Shown piece after piece: positions 50,053-61,560 of a stretch of DNA of 64,000 bases. Within the stretch, counting starts at the first letter, position 1, and each line of letters starts with the position of its first letter. The position numbers were made by a program, and so were the translations under genes. The notes under the pieces are model-generated. The model ran no database searches, was not told the origin of the DNA, and worked only from the letters and a program-made list of their open reading frames with translations. The DNA comes from Octopus sinensis (taxonomy: Eukaryota). The stretch covers positions 310,001-374,000 of the forward strand of contig NW_021833065.1 in the NCBI RefSeq assembly GCF_006345805.1, in the 5' to 3' direction.

Positions 50053-51109
50053 GATCTGCTAAATTTTATTTGAATGTTCACAGAGTTAACTCAATGTAGA
50101 AGTGATAAAAAATACTTATATAACAATGCTTTTCTCACATAACTTATACAACACAGAATCAGAAAATAAATATTTAGAGATATTTGAACAAATTCTTCTT
50201 GATGGCATTTTGGTTTATTGACCACTACTATGCTACTTCATCTCACATAATTTCCACATATGTCCTTCTCTCAGAAACTTATTAAACCTCATCTGTTTCA
50301 ACGTTAAACCATTGAATCTATCTATCTATATCTTTCTTCTCTACTAGGATGAAAAATATAATTTCACTGATGTCAATTCAGATTTATTTTAGACACAGAA
50401 TTATCTGAGTATATGTAATATAGTTATAAACATACCAACAAGAAAATGTGGATTGGATTACTACCAAATACCTATTTTGATTTTTTTTTTTTTTTTTTTG
50501 TACCTATTTTGATTTTTTTTTGTTTTGTTGTTGTTTTTTGGGGAGGGAGGATTTTTTCAGTTCTAGGAAATATAAATCATATAAAAGTGATATAATTCTA
50601 ATTATTACTGTTTAATAATCATAAACGAAGCTGCATGGGGATTACTAATTTCAGGTCAAGGGGCAAAAAATTAGAAGCATATTTAACTGATTAAAACAAA
50701 GAGATCTATGAAAGAAAATAAATAATAAATAGGAACACATGGATATTAGGATGAAAAATATTATATCAATGATGTATATTCAAGTCACTTTGAATCATTG
50801 AGTGTAGTCTCAAGTCTCCCTGTATACATTTTTGTTTTCTCTGACATGTAGAAGTTAAAGTTTGAATTCACACTTAATTTAAAAAGAAAAATGTATTCTC
50901 AAATCCATCCTTAAATAGTATAGATTAAATCATTTGGTTTACCTAAGATAGGGCATAAATAAAAGTGTAAAAAAAGTGAAATGCGCAGATAATATTGAAC
51001 ACTTATAAAGATACTTTTATAGTATGTCCTTTTTGTTTTCAATCCACATTTCAGCTCATAAAATTTTGATTTTTACTCTTAACTAATTTTTCATAGTTTT
51101 ATTATTCAG

Positions 51110-51236
51110 TATTCGCCGTGGTTACCAGGTTTATAAACAAGTATGTGCAGCATGTCACAGTATGCGGTATTTGTGTTACCGTAATCTCATAGATGTTTCC
51201 CATACTGAAGATGAAGCACGAATTGAAGCCGAAGAA
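51110..51236 (+). CDS. CYC1: Cytochrome c1 exon 4 (heme-binding CXXCH)
   Basis: ttcag|...|gtaaat. Translates (S)[42 protein letters not shown]. Confidence 0.97.
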
Positions 51237-51502
51237 GTAAATATCTTCCTAATTATTATATCTGGATTGTCACCAAATAGCCTATGTCAAGCTAATGCAC
51301 ATATCAGTAGACATTTACAATTCCTATCAAAATTAAATCAAAAGTAAGACTTAATAAAACCTCTCTAGATTGTGCTTAAAGAGTGTCCTTATAGTATTTA
51401 TTAACTTGGTATATTTAAACTCTTTAAGTTAATTCAAATTTGTAAGCATGTGTTAAATCAGTTTTTAATTTTAATTGAAAAAAATTTTTTTCTCGTTTCT
51501 AG

Positions 51503-51673
51503 ATCCAGGTGCTTGATGGGCCTGATGATGATGGCAATATGTTTGAACGCCCTGGAAAATTATCAGACAGGTTTCCAAAGCCCTACGCAAATGATGAAGC
51601 AGCTAGATCAGCTAACAATGGAGCACTCCCACCTGACTTGTCTTTAATCACTTCAGCTAGGGAAGGTGGAGAG
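51503..51673 (+). CDS. CYC1: Cytochrome c1 exon 5
   Basis: ttctag|...|gtacgt. Translates [57 protein letters not shown]. Confidence 0.97.
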
Positions 51674-51855
51674 GTACGTTTCTTTTCTCAAATTTGTTTT
51701 CCTCCTCTGTTTTCCAATTCTCCATTTTTTATTCCTGTTTTTATTTTTAATAGTATTTTCAGAAGATAAGAAATTATATGCCTGTCAGTGTAAGAATTTC
51801 AGTGTTGAAGACAAGCTGACACTCATTTACTAGGTGTTTTGATGTGTACCAGTAT

Positions 51856-52140
51856 CATCATCATCATCGTTTAAAGTCCGTTTTCCGCACTAGCATGGGT
51901 TGGACGGTTCGACCGGGGTCTGGGAAGCCAGGGGCTGCACCAGGCTCCAGTCTGATCTGGCAGTGTTTCTACAGCTGGATGCCCTTCCTAACGCCAACCA
52001 CTCCGCGAGTGTAGTGGTGCTTTTTACGTGCCACCGGCACAGTTGCCAGGGGGGTCTGGCATCAGCCATGATCGGTTGGTGCTTTTAACGTGCCACCGGC
52101 TCGGAAGCCAGTCAAGGCGGCGCTGGCATCGGCCACGTTC
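51856..52140 (-). mobile_element. Young RTE 3' tail in CYC1 intron 5
   Basis: (atc)n start and a CpG-rich, near-consensus core. Confidence 0.8.
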
Positions 52141-52439
52141 GTGCATTGACTGACTAGAGCATGTATAGTGAAGCTCATAAATTTTGATAGATTTGTATTG
52201 TAAGAATGGAAACAATTATTATTTAGCTTTGTAATTCCATTAAAATTATACTTTCAAACATTTTATTATAATGTATTATTTAAAAATTTAGTAAAATATG
52301 ACTAGTAACTATATTGATTGAACTACAAGTTGTCTTTATATCGTTTTAGGACTTATTTTGTTCTCACAAACTTTTTTAATTTAGTAGTTAGCTGTTCTTC
52401 CTGCTATCTGGCTTTCTCTTTATATATTGTGAGTAAAAA

Positions 52440-52687
52440 GTAGGTAAAGTTACCTTCTTGAATCCTGCCAACTCATAATTGTTGGTTTCCATGATGTATA
52501 AATTCCTCGCCTGGACTAGATGCCAGTCCATTGCAGGATTACTCATTTTTACCAGCTGAGTGGACTGGATCAACATGAAATGAAGTGTTTTGCTCAAGTA
52601 CACAATGTGTGACCTGGTCTAGGATTCAAAACCACAATCTTGTGATCATGAGTCCAACACCCTAACCACTAAGCCACATTCCTCCAC
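52440..52687 (-). mobile_element. tRNA-derived SINE with V-domain-like core
   Basis: Minus strand has a tggcttagtggttagg A-box and cctgcaatggactggcatctagtccagg, resembling the V-SINE domain. The domain call is from memory. Confidence 0.5.
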
Positions 52688-53119
52688 GTATATTGTGAGT
52701 TTTTCCTATTAGCTACCCACTTAGAATTTCAAAATGACTATGTTCGTAAACTGTCATCTGTTTCATCGACCTACTGTTTGACATAGATTCAGTTCAAAGA
52801 TTTTGCTTCTCTAAAGCATGTGCATTTTTAGATATAGTTTCCTATCATATTAGAGTAACCTAGGAAGGTTACATAGGTCTGGTTTACATTCTTTTCTCCT
52901 GGTAGACAGTGACATGAACAAGTGATATTTCTATAACCAGGATTTCAAACTAGATAACAGTTTAGATTCTTTGAGAATTTACTTCTGCATTGCTTGTTGA
53001 CAGAAATCAGAATTACCAATGATATTTGGTTGTAAAATAACGAAGCTACTTCCTTTCTATTTACACAGATGATGTAACATCTTACTATAAAATAAAAATT
53101 TAATTTCTTTACATTTTAG

Positions 53120-53267
53120 GATTACATCTTCTCTATTTTGACTGGTTATTGTGATCCTCCTGCCGGTGTTAATCTCCAGGAAGGCACACACTACAATCCT
53201 TATTTTGCTGGAGGTGCAATTGGTATGGCACAAGCTTTATACAATGAAATCATTGAATATGAAGACG
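53120..53267 (+). CDS. CYC1: Cytochrome c1 exon 6 (axial Met ligand)
   Basis: ttttag|...|gtaagt. Translates DYIFSILTGYCDPPAGVNLQEGTHYNPYFAGGAIGMAQALYNEIIEYED. Confidence 0.97.
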
Positions 53268-54531
53268 GTAAGTAAATTCTGTTATCGCTGCAAAGTGTGT
53301 TTATTATTTTAATGTCATTTTTCTATGTTATAAAAGATGAATATTATTTTTGAGAAACATTATCAGCTGATCCTGATTTTACAATCAATATTTTTTAGAG
53401 ACACAAAATCCATGTTTGTTCTCTGACTCACAATTGTTAAATTCACTTGGCTAATAAGTCATCTTCTCATCTTTCTGCACTCAGTTGTGTAGAAAGTAAC
53501 CACCAAATGGAGACAAAGTAGAAAAGAGAAGGCATTTTAGCCTTGCAGCTTCTTTGGTGTGGATGAAGACAGTGTAAGGTAGAGAGGATTCTCGATTCTT
53601 GCTGAAAAGAAAGTAACCTCTCTAGTACTGGTGCCATAGATAAAATGCTCTCAATATTCTCTGTAAAGTGGTTAGTGATAGGAAAGGCATCCAACCTTTA
53701 GAAACTATACCATACAATTGAAATGTTATCCTGGCCCATATACAGGGGCAGTAACTCTTAAGAATTGTTTTGGATCATGATACATTCCATGACATCATAG
53801 GAAAGATGTAAAATGATGGCGAAATACCTTATTCATTCTAAACATATAGCTTGTTTTGTTCTGATACTCATCAAGATATTTTACTCTATTTACCTCTGTA
53901 TAATTCAATTTTTAAATAAATGAGTGTCTGTTTCAATCCAGAAATCTCTGCAAGTGTCTAAATCTTAATACCCATCTAACTTAGTTTTTCATTCTTTTGT
54001 GTATTATTAAAACCTACCAATCTAAGGTAGTGGATTGGTGAAGCTGTAAGAACATCAAACTGGATGCCTTGCAGAATTTTACTTCAAATCCTGCGATGGC
54101 CGACTTTGGTGGTCTTAACCCATCATACAGTTTAGCACCACTACCTGGCACCTTAGGTGTCTTTAGTAGGGTCCACTCTGTTGTGTGCATTAGAGCCAGT
54201 CTTCTCGCTTCCAACAGTTTCAGAGGCCCTATAACATATCATGGGCAATGCTTTCCCTCCTGACTGAAATATTAAAAAATATAAATAAAATTGTTAAACT
54301 AGATGCCAAATGTCTGCACTGATTTAACTGAGTTGATGGTACAGCTTTATAAAAATCTCCTAAATTCATATTTTGCCCAATACTACATTAACTCATATCG
54401 TTCACCATCTCCTGCATGGATAGTCAGAGAGGTAAAAAGGACACAGTGGGTTTGTCATGATGGTTGTACATTCTACAACATAATTGCTGTTTTAAAAAAA
54501 GAACCACTATATGTAATATTTATATTTGTAG

Positions 54532-54632
54532 GAACACCAGCTACACAAAGCCAGTTGGCTATGGATGTGACTACTTTCTTAAAATGGGCTGCAGAGCCAG
54601 AGCACGATACTCGTAAAAAGATGGCTATGAAG
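54532..54632 (+). CDS. CYC1: Cytochrome c1 exon 7
   Basis: ttgtag|...|gtaaga. Translates (G)TPATQSQLAMDVTTFLKWAAEPEHDTRKKMAMK. Confidence 0.97.
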
Positions 54633-55362
54633 GTAAGATTATTGTTGTTGTTGCCCTTCTTGACAATGTCTTGGCTTTTTTTCTCTAATGCATTAAATTT
54701 TTCATGTATGAAATCAGAATAATATTTCAAAATGTTTTGGAAATATGATGAAGTGCAAAGCATTTGTTACATAGAATCAAAATAGTAAAGTGTTTATGCT
54801 GATATTCTTGTCTATGTTAATCCATAATTTGTCTCTAAAACAATAAGACTGTTTGTCAATTAATTTAAAACAAATATAAAGAAAATCTCACTTTTAGTTT
54901 TGAGGTTGACTGAAACTGGCCATCACATCTACTAAAGACTTTTTTTTATGTTTTATCATTCTTTGCAAAGTAAACTCATACTTAATGTAACAAAGAAACT
55001 GAATAACAAAGAATGAGCTGCAGTTCATTCCTTCTATCTCATACAGAAACTAACTCTTGTAACATGTTCCTCCCTCCAATGCTGTTTATTTTTTAATTAA
55101 CCTTGTGGGGAAGGAGCCAACCTTCTTTTATAGTAGTAGTATCTGTGCTAACCTTATATGATCAGATTTTTTGTCTATACAGAGCTTGGCACAATCTTCT
55201 GGTTAGTCAGTTCCTGTTAAACATCCAGCCCATGCCAGCATGGAGAAACAGGTGTTAAGCAATGATAATGATGTCAGAAAGAGGAAAAGACTTTGTTAAA
55301 AAATGTGGTGTTTAGCAAGAAAGAGTAATAATTGATATAATTCTCTTCTTTATCTTTTTCAG

Positions 55363-55464
55363 GCTGCTGTTATATTTGGCCTTCTGATTTCTGTGAGTTT
55401 CTATTATAAACGACATAAGTGGTCTGTGTTGAAGAGCCGAAAAATTGCTTTCAAACCTCGGTAA
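55363..55464 (+). CDS. CYC1: Cytochrome c1 terminal exon 8 (TM anchor)
   Basis: ttttcag|. Translates AAVIFGLLISVSFYYKRHKWSVLKSRKIAFKPR*. The eight exons sum to 909 nt (302 aa plus stop). Confidence 0.96.
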   Translation, partial: AAVIFGLLISVSFYYKRHKWSVLKSRKIAFKPR

Positions 55465-55569
55465 TAATTGTCTGTTTTAGTTCAATGAAGACTTTATCTG
55501 TACGGGTAACTGCATTTGGAGATCTCTCCAATCTATGTTACTTGTTTAGTTAACAAAAAAGAAACTGAT

Positions 55570-55701
55570 AATAAAAAAAATCAAGTTGGTTGGACTTTAA
55601 CCTACCATGCATACTTCATGTCAGTTTAGTTTACAGAAAATAAAAACGTCTGCCACAAATTTTGTTTTTGTTTATTTATTTGTAATACAAAGGAAATTAA
55701 A
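55570..55701 (+). terminator. Candidate polyadenylation signals of CYC1
   Basis: AATAAA at 55570 and 55639 and ATTAAA at 55696, 100-240 nt after the stop. Confidence 0.45.
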
Positions 55702-56854
55702 TTTATATCAGACTTTTCAAATCAGAATTGATAATCTTTTATCAGAAATCTTGGGATTGAAAGTATTTTGAGTTTTTTGAATGTTTGAATATTTGTATCT
55801 ATAAAATGTGTTAGCTTAAGAATGAGATCCAAGTCTAAACATGTTATCCATTACCATTTCTAAATACAGCATGTATGTGTGTGTGTGTGTATTGAAAAGG
55901 TAGTTTTATAAATTTGGTTTTATCTTTTACTTGTTTTAATCATTGGACTGCAACCATACTAAAGCACCATGAAGGGTTTTAGTCTAACAAATTGACTGCC
56001 AGCACTTTTTTTATGAGTAGTACTTATTCTATCAACATGCTATGCTATAGAGTAGTAGATAAAGATGTTGGTTAATGCAATGCAGTCACCTAAAGGTTCT
56101 AAGTTCAATCCCAGGCAAGGCAGTAAGGTAATTCACAAATCAACTGAAGCAAAAAATGTTATGAAATGCAAAGAGTGGAATGAGAATAGTGTGCTCATGT
56201 AAAGGGTTAACTTTGAAATTCCAATACAAATAAGGTTAACACAAGACACTGAAGAAGGCTGGAGTGTACAACAGCCAAAATGTGAAAGCAACACTCAAGA
56301 TGAGTACACCCATCTAACTAATATAAACAATACAGTAATCCCATGGCATATCATGGTTTATTATTTAAGCTTACGTCAATTTCTCTGATGTTTTGCTTTT
56401 ATAATAAAATAATTATATAGAAATTATGAAAATAATTTTTAAAATATACAGTACAGTACTGTTTTTACTTCGTGGATTTTCACCTATCGTAGAGGGTTTT
56501 GGAACATAACACATGTGATAGTCGAGGAATTACTGTATACATAATATCAATTCCTCATCTCAGAAATATAGATTTGTATAAATCAACACTAGTTGTCATA
56601 CAATGGGCTTCCATACAGTTCCCATTTACCAAATTCATAAGGAATTGGTTGGTCCAGAGCTATAGTAAAAGACACTTGTCTAAGGTACCCCCTGTTTTGT
56701 ACAACATATAACAGCTTCACTTTGGGAACATTTAGCTTTCCATCAAAACAAGTCTACCTACGTTACACTCACTTCAGTTTTATCAACTACTTACAACACT
56801 TTACACTTGCATTTTATGCCCAACTATAACATCACCACACACACACACACACAC

Positions 56855-57293
56855 TTTTTTTAAACTTTTTCAAATAAGCAGTGGCAGACACCCATAAAAT
56901 TATTAACCATCTTACAAACAATAACTCTGAGCACCTTTTCAAATTCCACCCATCTAACACCCGTGGACATATTTACAAAGTCAGAAAACAGCACAGCTCC
57001 CATGACTTTCAGAAACATTTTTTCATGCTGAGAGTTGCTGAAGCATGGAACAAACTGCCGGCATCAGTTATTAGTTGTCGGAGCACTGCATCCTTCAAAA
57101 CTTCCATGCTTTTTGAGATTCGCCAACACTACACCTGATTTTCTCCCCTCCGTACACACACAAGCATGTATCTGACTCATACATTGTTCGCTTTCCAGAC
57201 ATTCGTACATTACTGCATACACTTTATACGCACTTTCTGACAAGTTGTGGTGCACCTGAGCACTATACAATAATTTCATTATTATTATTATTA
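56855..57293 (+). mobile_element. 5'-truncated CR1/L2-group LINE 3' end
   Basis: Uninterrupted SNTRGHIYKVRKQHSSHDFQKHFFMLRVAEAWNKLP (TRGH..FF..RV...WN.LP motif), then a 3' UTR and (ATT)n tail. Confidence 0.8.
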
Positions 57294-58197
57294 TTGAATG
57301 AAGTCTCCTTTCTTGTTTTTGAAATAACATTTTTATATTTATAAGATTGAAATGAATAGAGAAATAACACTTTAAAAATTTGTGAAATCATAAAAATTTT
57401 ATGAAACATATTTTCCAATGTTTGATATTAGTTCACAAAAGTTAAAAAGATGCAGTTGCTCAGTCGACAAAAACAAATAGTAAAGATCAAGTCACCCCCT
57501 CCCACTATTTTTCTTAAATATTTATAAGAAAGATGGACACTATTAGATTAGTGACTTAATGAAGAGTTTTCCATTAGTTTACAAACAAATTATATCAATT
57601 ATAATAGTTTTGAACAAATGAAGACAACATTGTGAAAGCAATTATAATTTTAAAGAAATTAATATTGTTCATGTATAGCTAGGAGTATTTGTGGCCAAAT
57701 GCTCAACCACCAACAGATTCACATGTAATTTACACCAAATTTACTTTCACATTATGGAACAACAAATCCATCTGTAAACTACTTTAGGAAAGTGAATGAA
57801 ATATCATACTGCAAGATTGCTGAAACAAGTGTCAAACTCAACGACTAAAAATTCTTTAAAAAAACAATTAAGTGGAAGTAAAATTCCAAGCACTTTATGG
57901 AATTTTCCATTTGTTGAGATCATCCACTTCCTGAAAAATTCAGATTTCAGAGGTTTTTAGATAAAGAATTATCAACTGTATTAGTTTTCACTTAATTTTA
58001 TCTCACTTCTATGATATTTCTTTCAGGTAAGACTGATGAATTACTTCAGCTAAATGGCTAAAATGTTGACTTTTCAATTATCACTCAACATTCATCTCTG
58101 ATATGTGAATCAACCTCAGTATTTAGTTAGTATTTATTCTTTCAGTGCCAGATAAAATGAAAGCAAACTAGGCCCTCAGAGGATTCAAACTCAGAAT

Positions 58198-59640
58198 GTC
58201 ATCATCATCATTGTTTAACATCTGTTTTCCATGCTGGCATGAGTTGGACAGTTTGACTGGAGACTGGCAAGCCAGGAGGCTGCACCAGGCTCGAATATGA
58301 TCTGGCAAGGTTTCTACAGCTGGATGCCCTTCCTAATGCCAACTACTCCGAGAGTGTAGTGGGTGCTTTTTATGTACCACCAGCATAGGAGCCAGTCAGG
58401 CAGCACTGGCATCAGCCCATTCGAATGGTGCTTTTCATATTCTACCAGCACAGGAGCCAGTTGGGGCTGGCATCGACCATGTTCGGATGGTGCTTTTTGT
58501 ATACCACCTGCATGGGTAGCCAGTCAGGCAGCACTGGCAAAAACAACCTACACATGAATAGTGCTTATTGTGTTCCACCAGCACGGGAGCTAGTCAGGTG
58601 ACACTGGCATTGGCCACAACTACAATTTCCATTTTGGTATAATTGTGATTTTGATTTTTTATTTTACTTGACTCAATAGGTTTTCTCAAGCATGGTGTGT
58701 TGCCCAATGATTCAAAGGTACTTTTTAAATGGGCTGATTATGTAATACTGGTAAAGGCTACAGCTGTGATCTCACTTTACTTGCCAGGTCTTCTCAATCA
58801 CAGCATACCTCCAGAGGTTTCGGTCTTCTCATTCCCTCTGTGAGGCCCAACATTCAAAGGTTATGCTTCACCACCTCATCCCATGTCTTCCTGGGTCTCC
58901 TTCCACTGTTAGGGAGTGACACTTCACACAGCTCTCCTCATCCATATGCAGAACATGACCATACAGCACAGCCGTCTCTCTTGCGCACCACATCTGATGC
59001 TTCCTATCTCCAACATTTCTCTCAGGGCGCTTATGCTCTGTCGTGTGTGCACACTGACATTACACATCCACCAGATCACACTAGCTTCATTTCTTTCAAG
59101 CCTACGTATGTCCTCAACAGTCATGGCCCATGTTTCACTGCCGTGTAGCATGGCAGTATGCACACATGCATCATACAGTCTACCTTTCACTCTGAGCGAG
59201 AGGCCCTTTGTCACCAGCAGAGGTAGGAGCTTTCTGAACTTTGCCTAGGCTATTCTTATTCTAGTAGCAACGCTCTCAGAGCATCCACCCCCACTACAGA
59301 CTTGGTCATCTAGGTAGTAGAAGCTATCAACTATATCTAGTTTCTCCCTCTGGCATGTGATGGAATCTGTTTTCTGAGCATCTTCAGTGTTTATTGCACC
59401 TGTGCATCTGCCGCACACAAAAGCTCTCATTCCAGTTAGCCTTCCTTTGATGTTGTTGCACCTCTCATGTGTCCATAGCTTACACTGGGTACATTTTATG
59501 GTGTTCCTACCTACACCTTTTCTACAGATTGAACAGGGTCATTTACCTGATTTGTTTGCCTTCCTACTTACTTGGACTTTGGTTATTGCAATATTGTCTC
59601 TATAGCCCTTCGATTCTAAACCTTGTTTTCACCTGAGGAG
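58198..59640 (-). mobile_element. RTE LINE 3' part with 3' UTR VNTR
   Basis: GLESKGYRDNIAITKV, the Cys-rich insert, KGRLYDACVHTAMLHGSETW, then VNTR and tail. Confidence 0.88.
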
Positions 59641-60949
59641 GACACATCTTCACTGATAGATACAACTAAACCAGACATTCAGTATCCCACCTGCAAGTGA
59701 TCAATGCTAGATGGGTCAAAACAATTGCAGTGATCAATAAAGATTCTCATATTTCCCATCTCTCTCATTAATCGATTACCTAATGAACACTGAGCCAGTG
59801 AATGTACTTTACTACCTGGTGCAGTCTTCTGCCCGACCAGCTCCTGTCAAACCACCCAACAATTGCCAGCATAGAAGGTAGATGTTGAGGATGATGATGA
59901 TATATATTCATATACCATCATGTATATACAGACACACACACACCACAGAAATGGTCTTTTCTTTGAAAGCCACTGACAATTACTGCTACATTTTCTTTTC
60001 TTTCTCCCATCAATGAGAGAAATTCCATTTTAGAATTTTTTGCATATTGCATTTGTTACTTCATGCCTTTGACTCATTTGAATTACTCCCCTTGGCTCAT
60101 TTTATTTATTGTATAAACTCAAATAAACCAAATTTTGTTTTATGTTTTTTGCATGACCTTTAAGCTTATATATTCACCAAACATGCTAATTTAATGATAA
60201 CGTGTTTGTGTTGCTTATTAAATAATATAATCATTTAGATGAATTGGCAATTTGTAGTTGTAGGCTAAAATTTGTAATAGTATTTTGACTTGTTCTTTTA
60301 ATAGTAGTTTGACTCCTGCAATTAATCTCCAATAAAAGGAAGTTATTACAATATTATTCAGATGAATTCTAATGTTATATTTTTCATATAACATGAAAAG
60401 TTTGAAAACTTGAATGTTACATATTTTATAACATAGAAAATCTCCTCAGGCACAGAAAGGTGGATAATTTTTTTGTTAAGTCATACAGAAAGTTCATGCA
60501 ATATCAGAATATGTGACCTTATGTTAATAGTTATTATTTTCAAAGGCCCAGTTTTTAACCTGAATACTGAAGGTAACCAACAAATATACGAGTGTTGGTA
60601 GAAACAAAGAACTAATTTTAAAATGTAATAAAATGACACATCTTAGAAATTAGACTTATAATTTTAATTTAAACTTTTTTTTTTATGAAATACAAAGGAC
60701 CCTTTTCTGCACTGTACAACTTCCAAATTATCTCAGCTCTCAATTTATATCTGGTCCTTCTAGTAAGGTACCAGGAGGTGTCAAATTAGTATTGAGGAAT
60801 ACTACTAATCACATCTGAACTCTGCAGTATGAAGTAAACATTTTTTGCTTGCTATGTTCTTAAAACTGCATACACACAAAACTCATTCCAAACATTCCTC
60901 TATCCCACCAATCACAGTTGCAAAAAAAAAAGAAAAAACGAAAACTTTT

Positions 60950-61560
60950 GATTGCTCCAATTCAGCCAGGTCAATGTTGCAGATTGTATCCTTTCCATCA
61001 CTTCAGAACTTGCGAAACTCTTTAATCATTCTTTACAGAGATCTACCCCAGTCATTGTAAATCTTCTCCACTGTGTCACATCTCCAAGGAGAGCAACTCC
61101 TCCTCCCCTGACAATTACCATATAGTTACTCTCAGCTCCAACATCTCAAAGGTAGTAGAAAAAGTTAAGAATCATCTTGAGGGTTTCTCCTTCTTGTGGT
61201 CTAAAACTGCTCTCCTCTGTCTCTAAACAGAGAGTCGACGTTAAAAAATAATACTTCAGTAGCATGAAGACATTCTAAGCAAGAAAAGTTTGCTGAAAAT
61301 GATATAATTGCTCCTGCCATCAGCAAAGCTTTTGACTGTGTCTTGAATGTGAACTTCTAAGCTGCTTACTTATGGGCTCCATCTATTTCTCATTCTTAGA
61401 TCAGAAGCTTCTCCAATCCACATTCTGCCAATCCTGGTATTCTGCAAGGTCTGGTTGTATCTTCCTTTTGTATATTAACACTTTATTTGCTCTTTTCTCT
61501 CAAAAATACATTCTTACGCAGATGAATCCCTCTTCTCTCCTTCTCAACCACTTTATACAC
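60950..61560 (+). mobile_element. Decayed CR1/L2-group RT fragment
   Basis: PDNYHIVTLSSNISKVVEK and AISKAFDCV motifs with lesions. Confidence 0.5.

Noticed and set aside
51650-51673. AREGGE instead of ARHGGE in cytochrome c1
   Set aside because: This position is not a heme ligand and varies among invertebrates. CXXCH and the axial Met are intact.
54303-54722. 139-aa ORF
   Set aside because: It is CYC1 exon 7 plus in-frame intronic flanks, not a separate gene.
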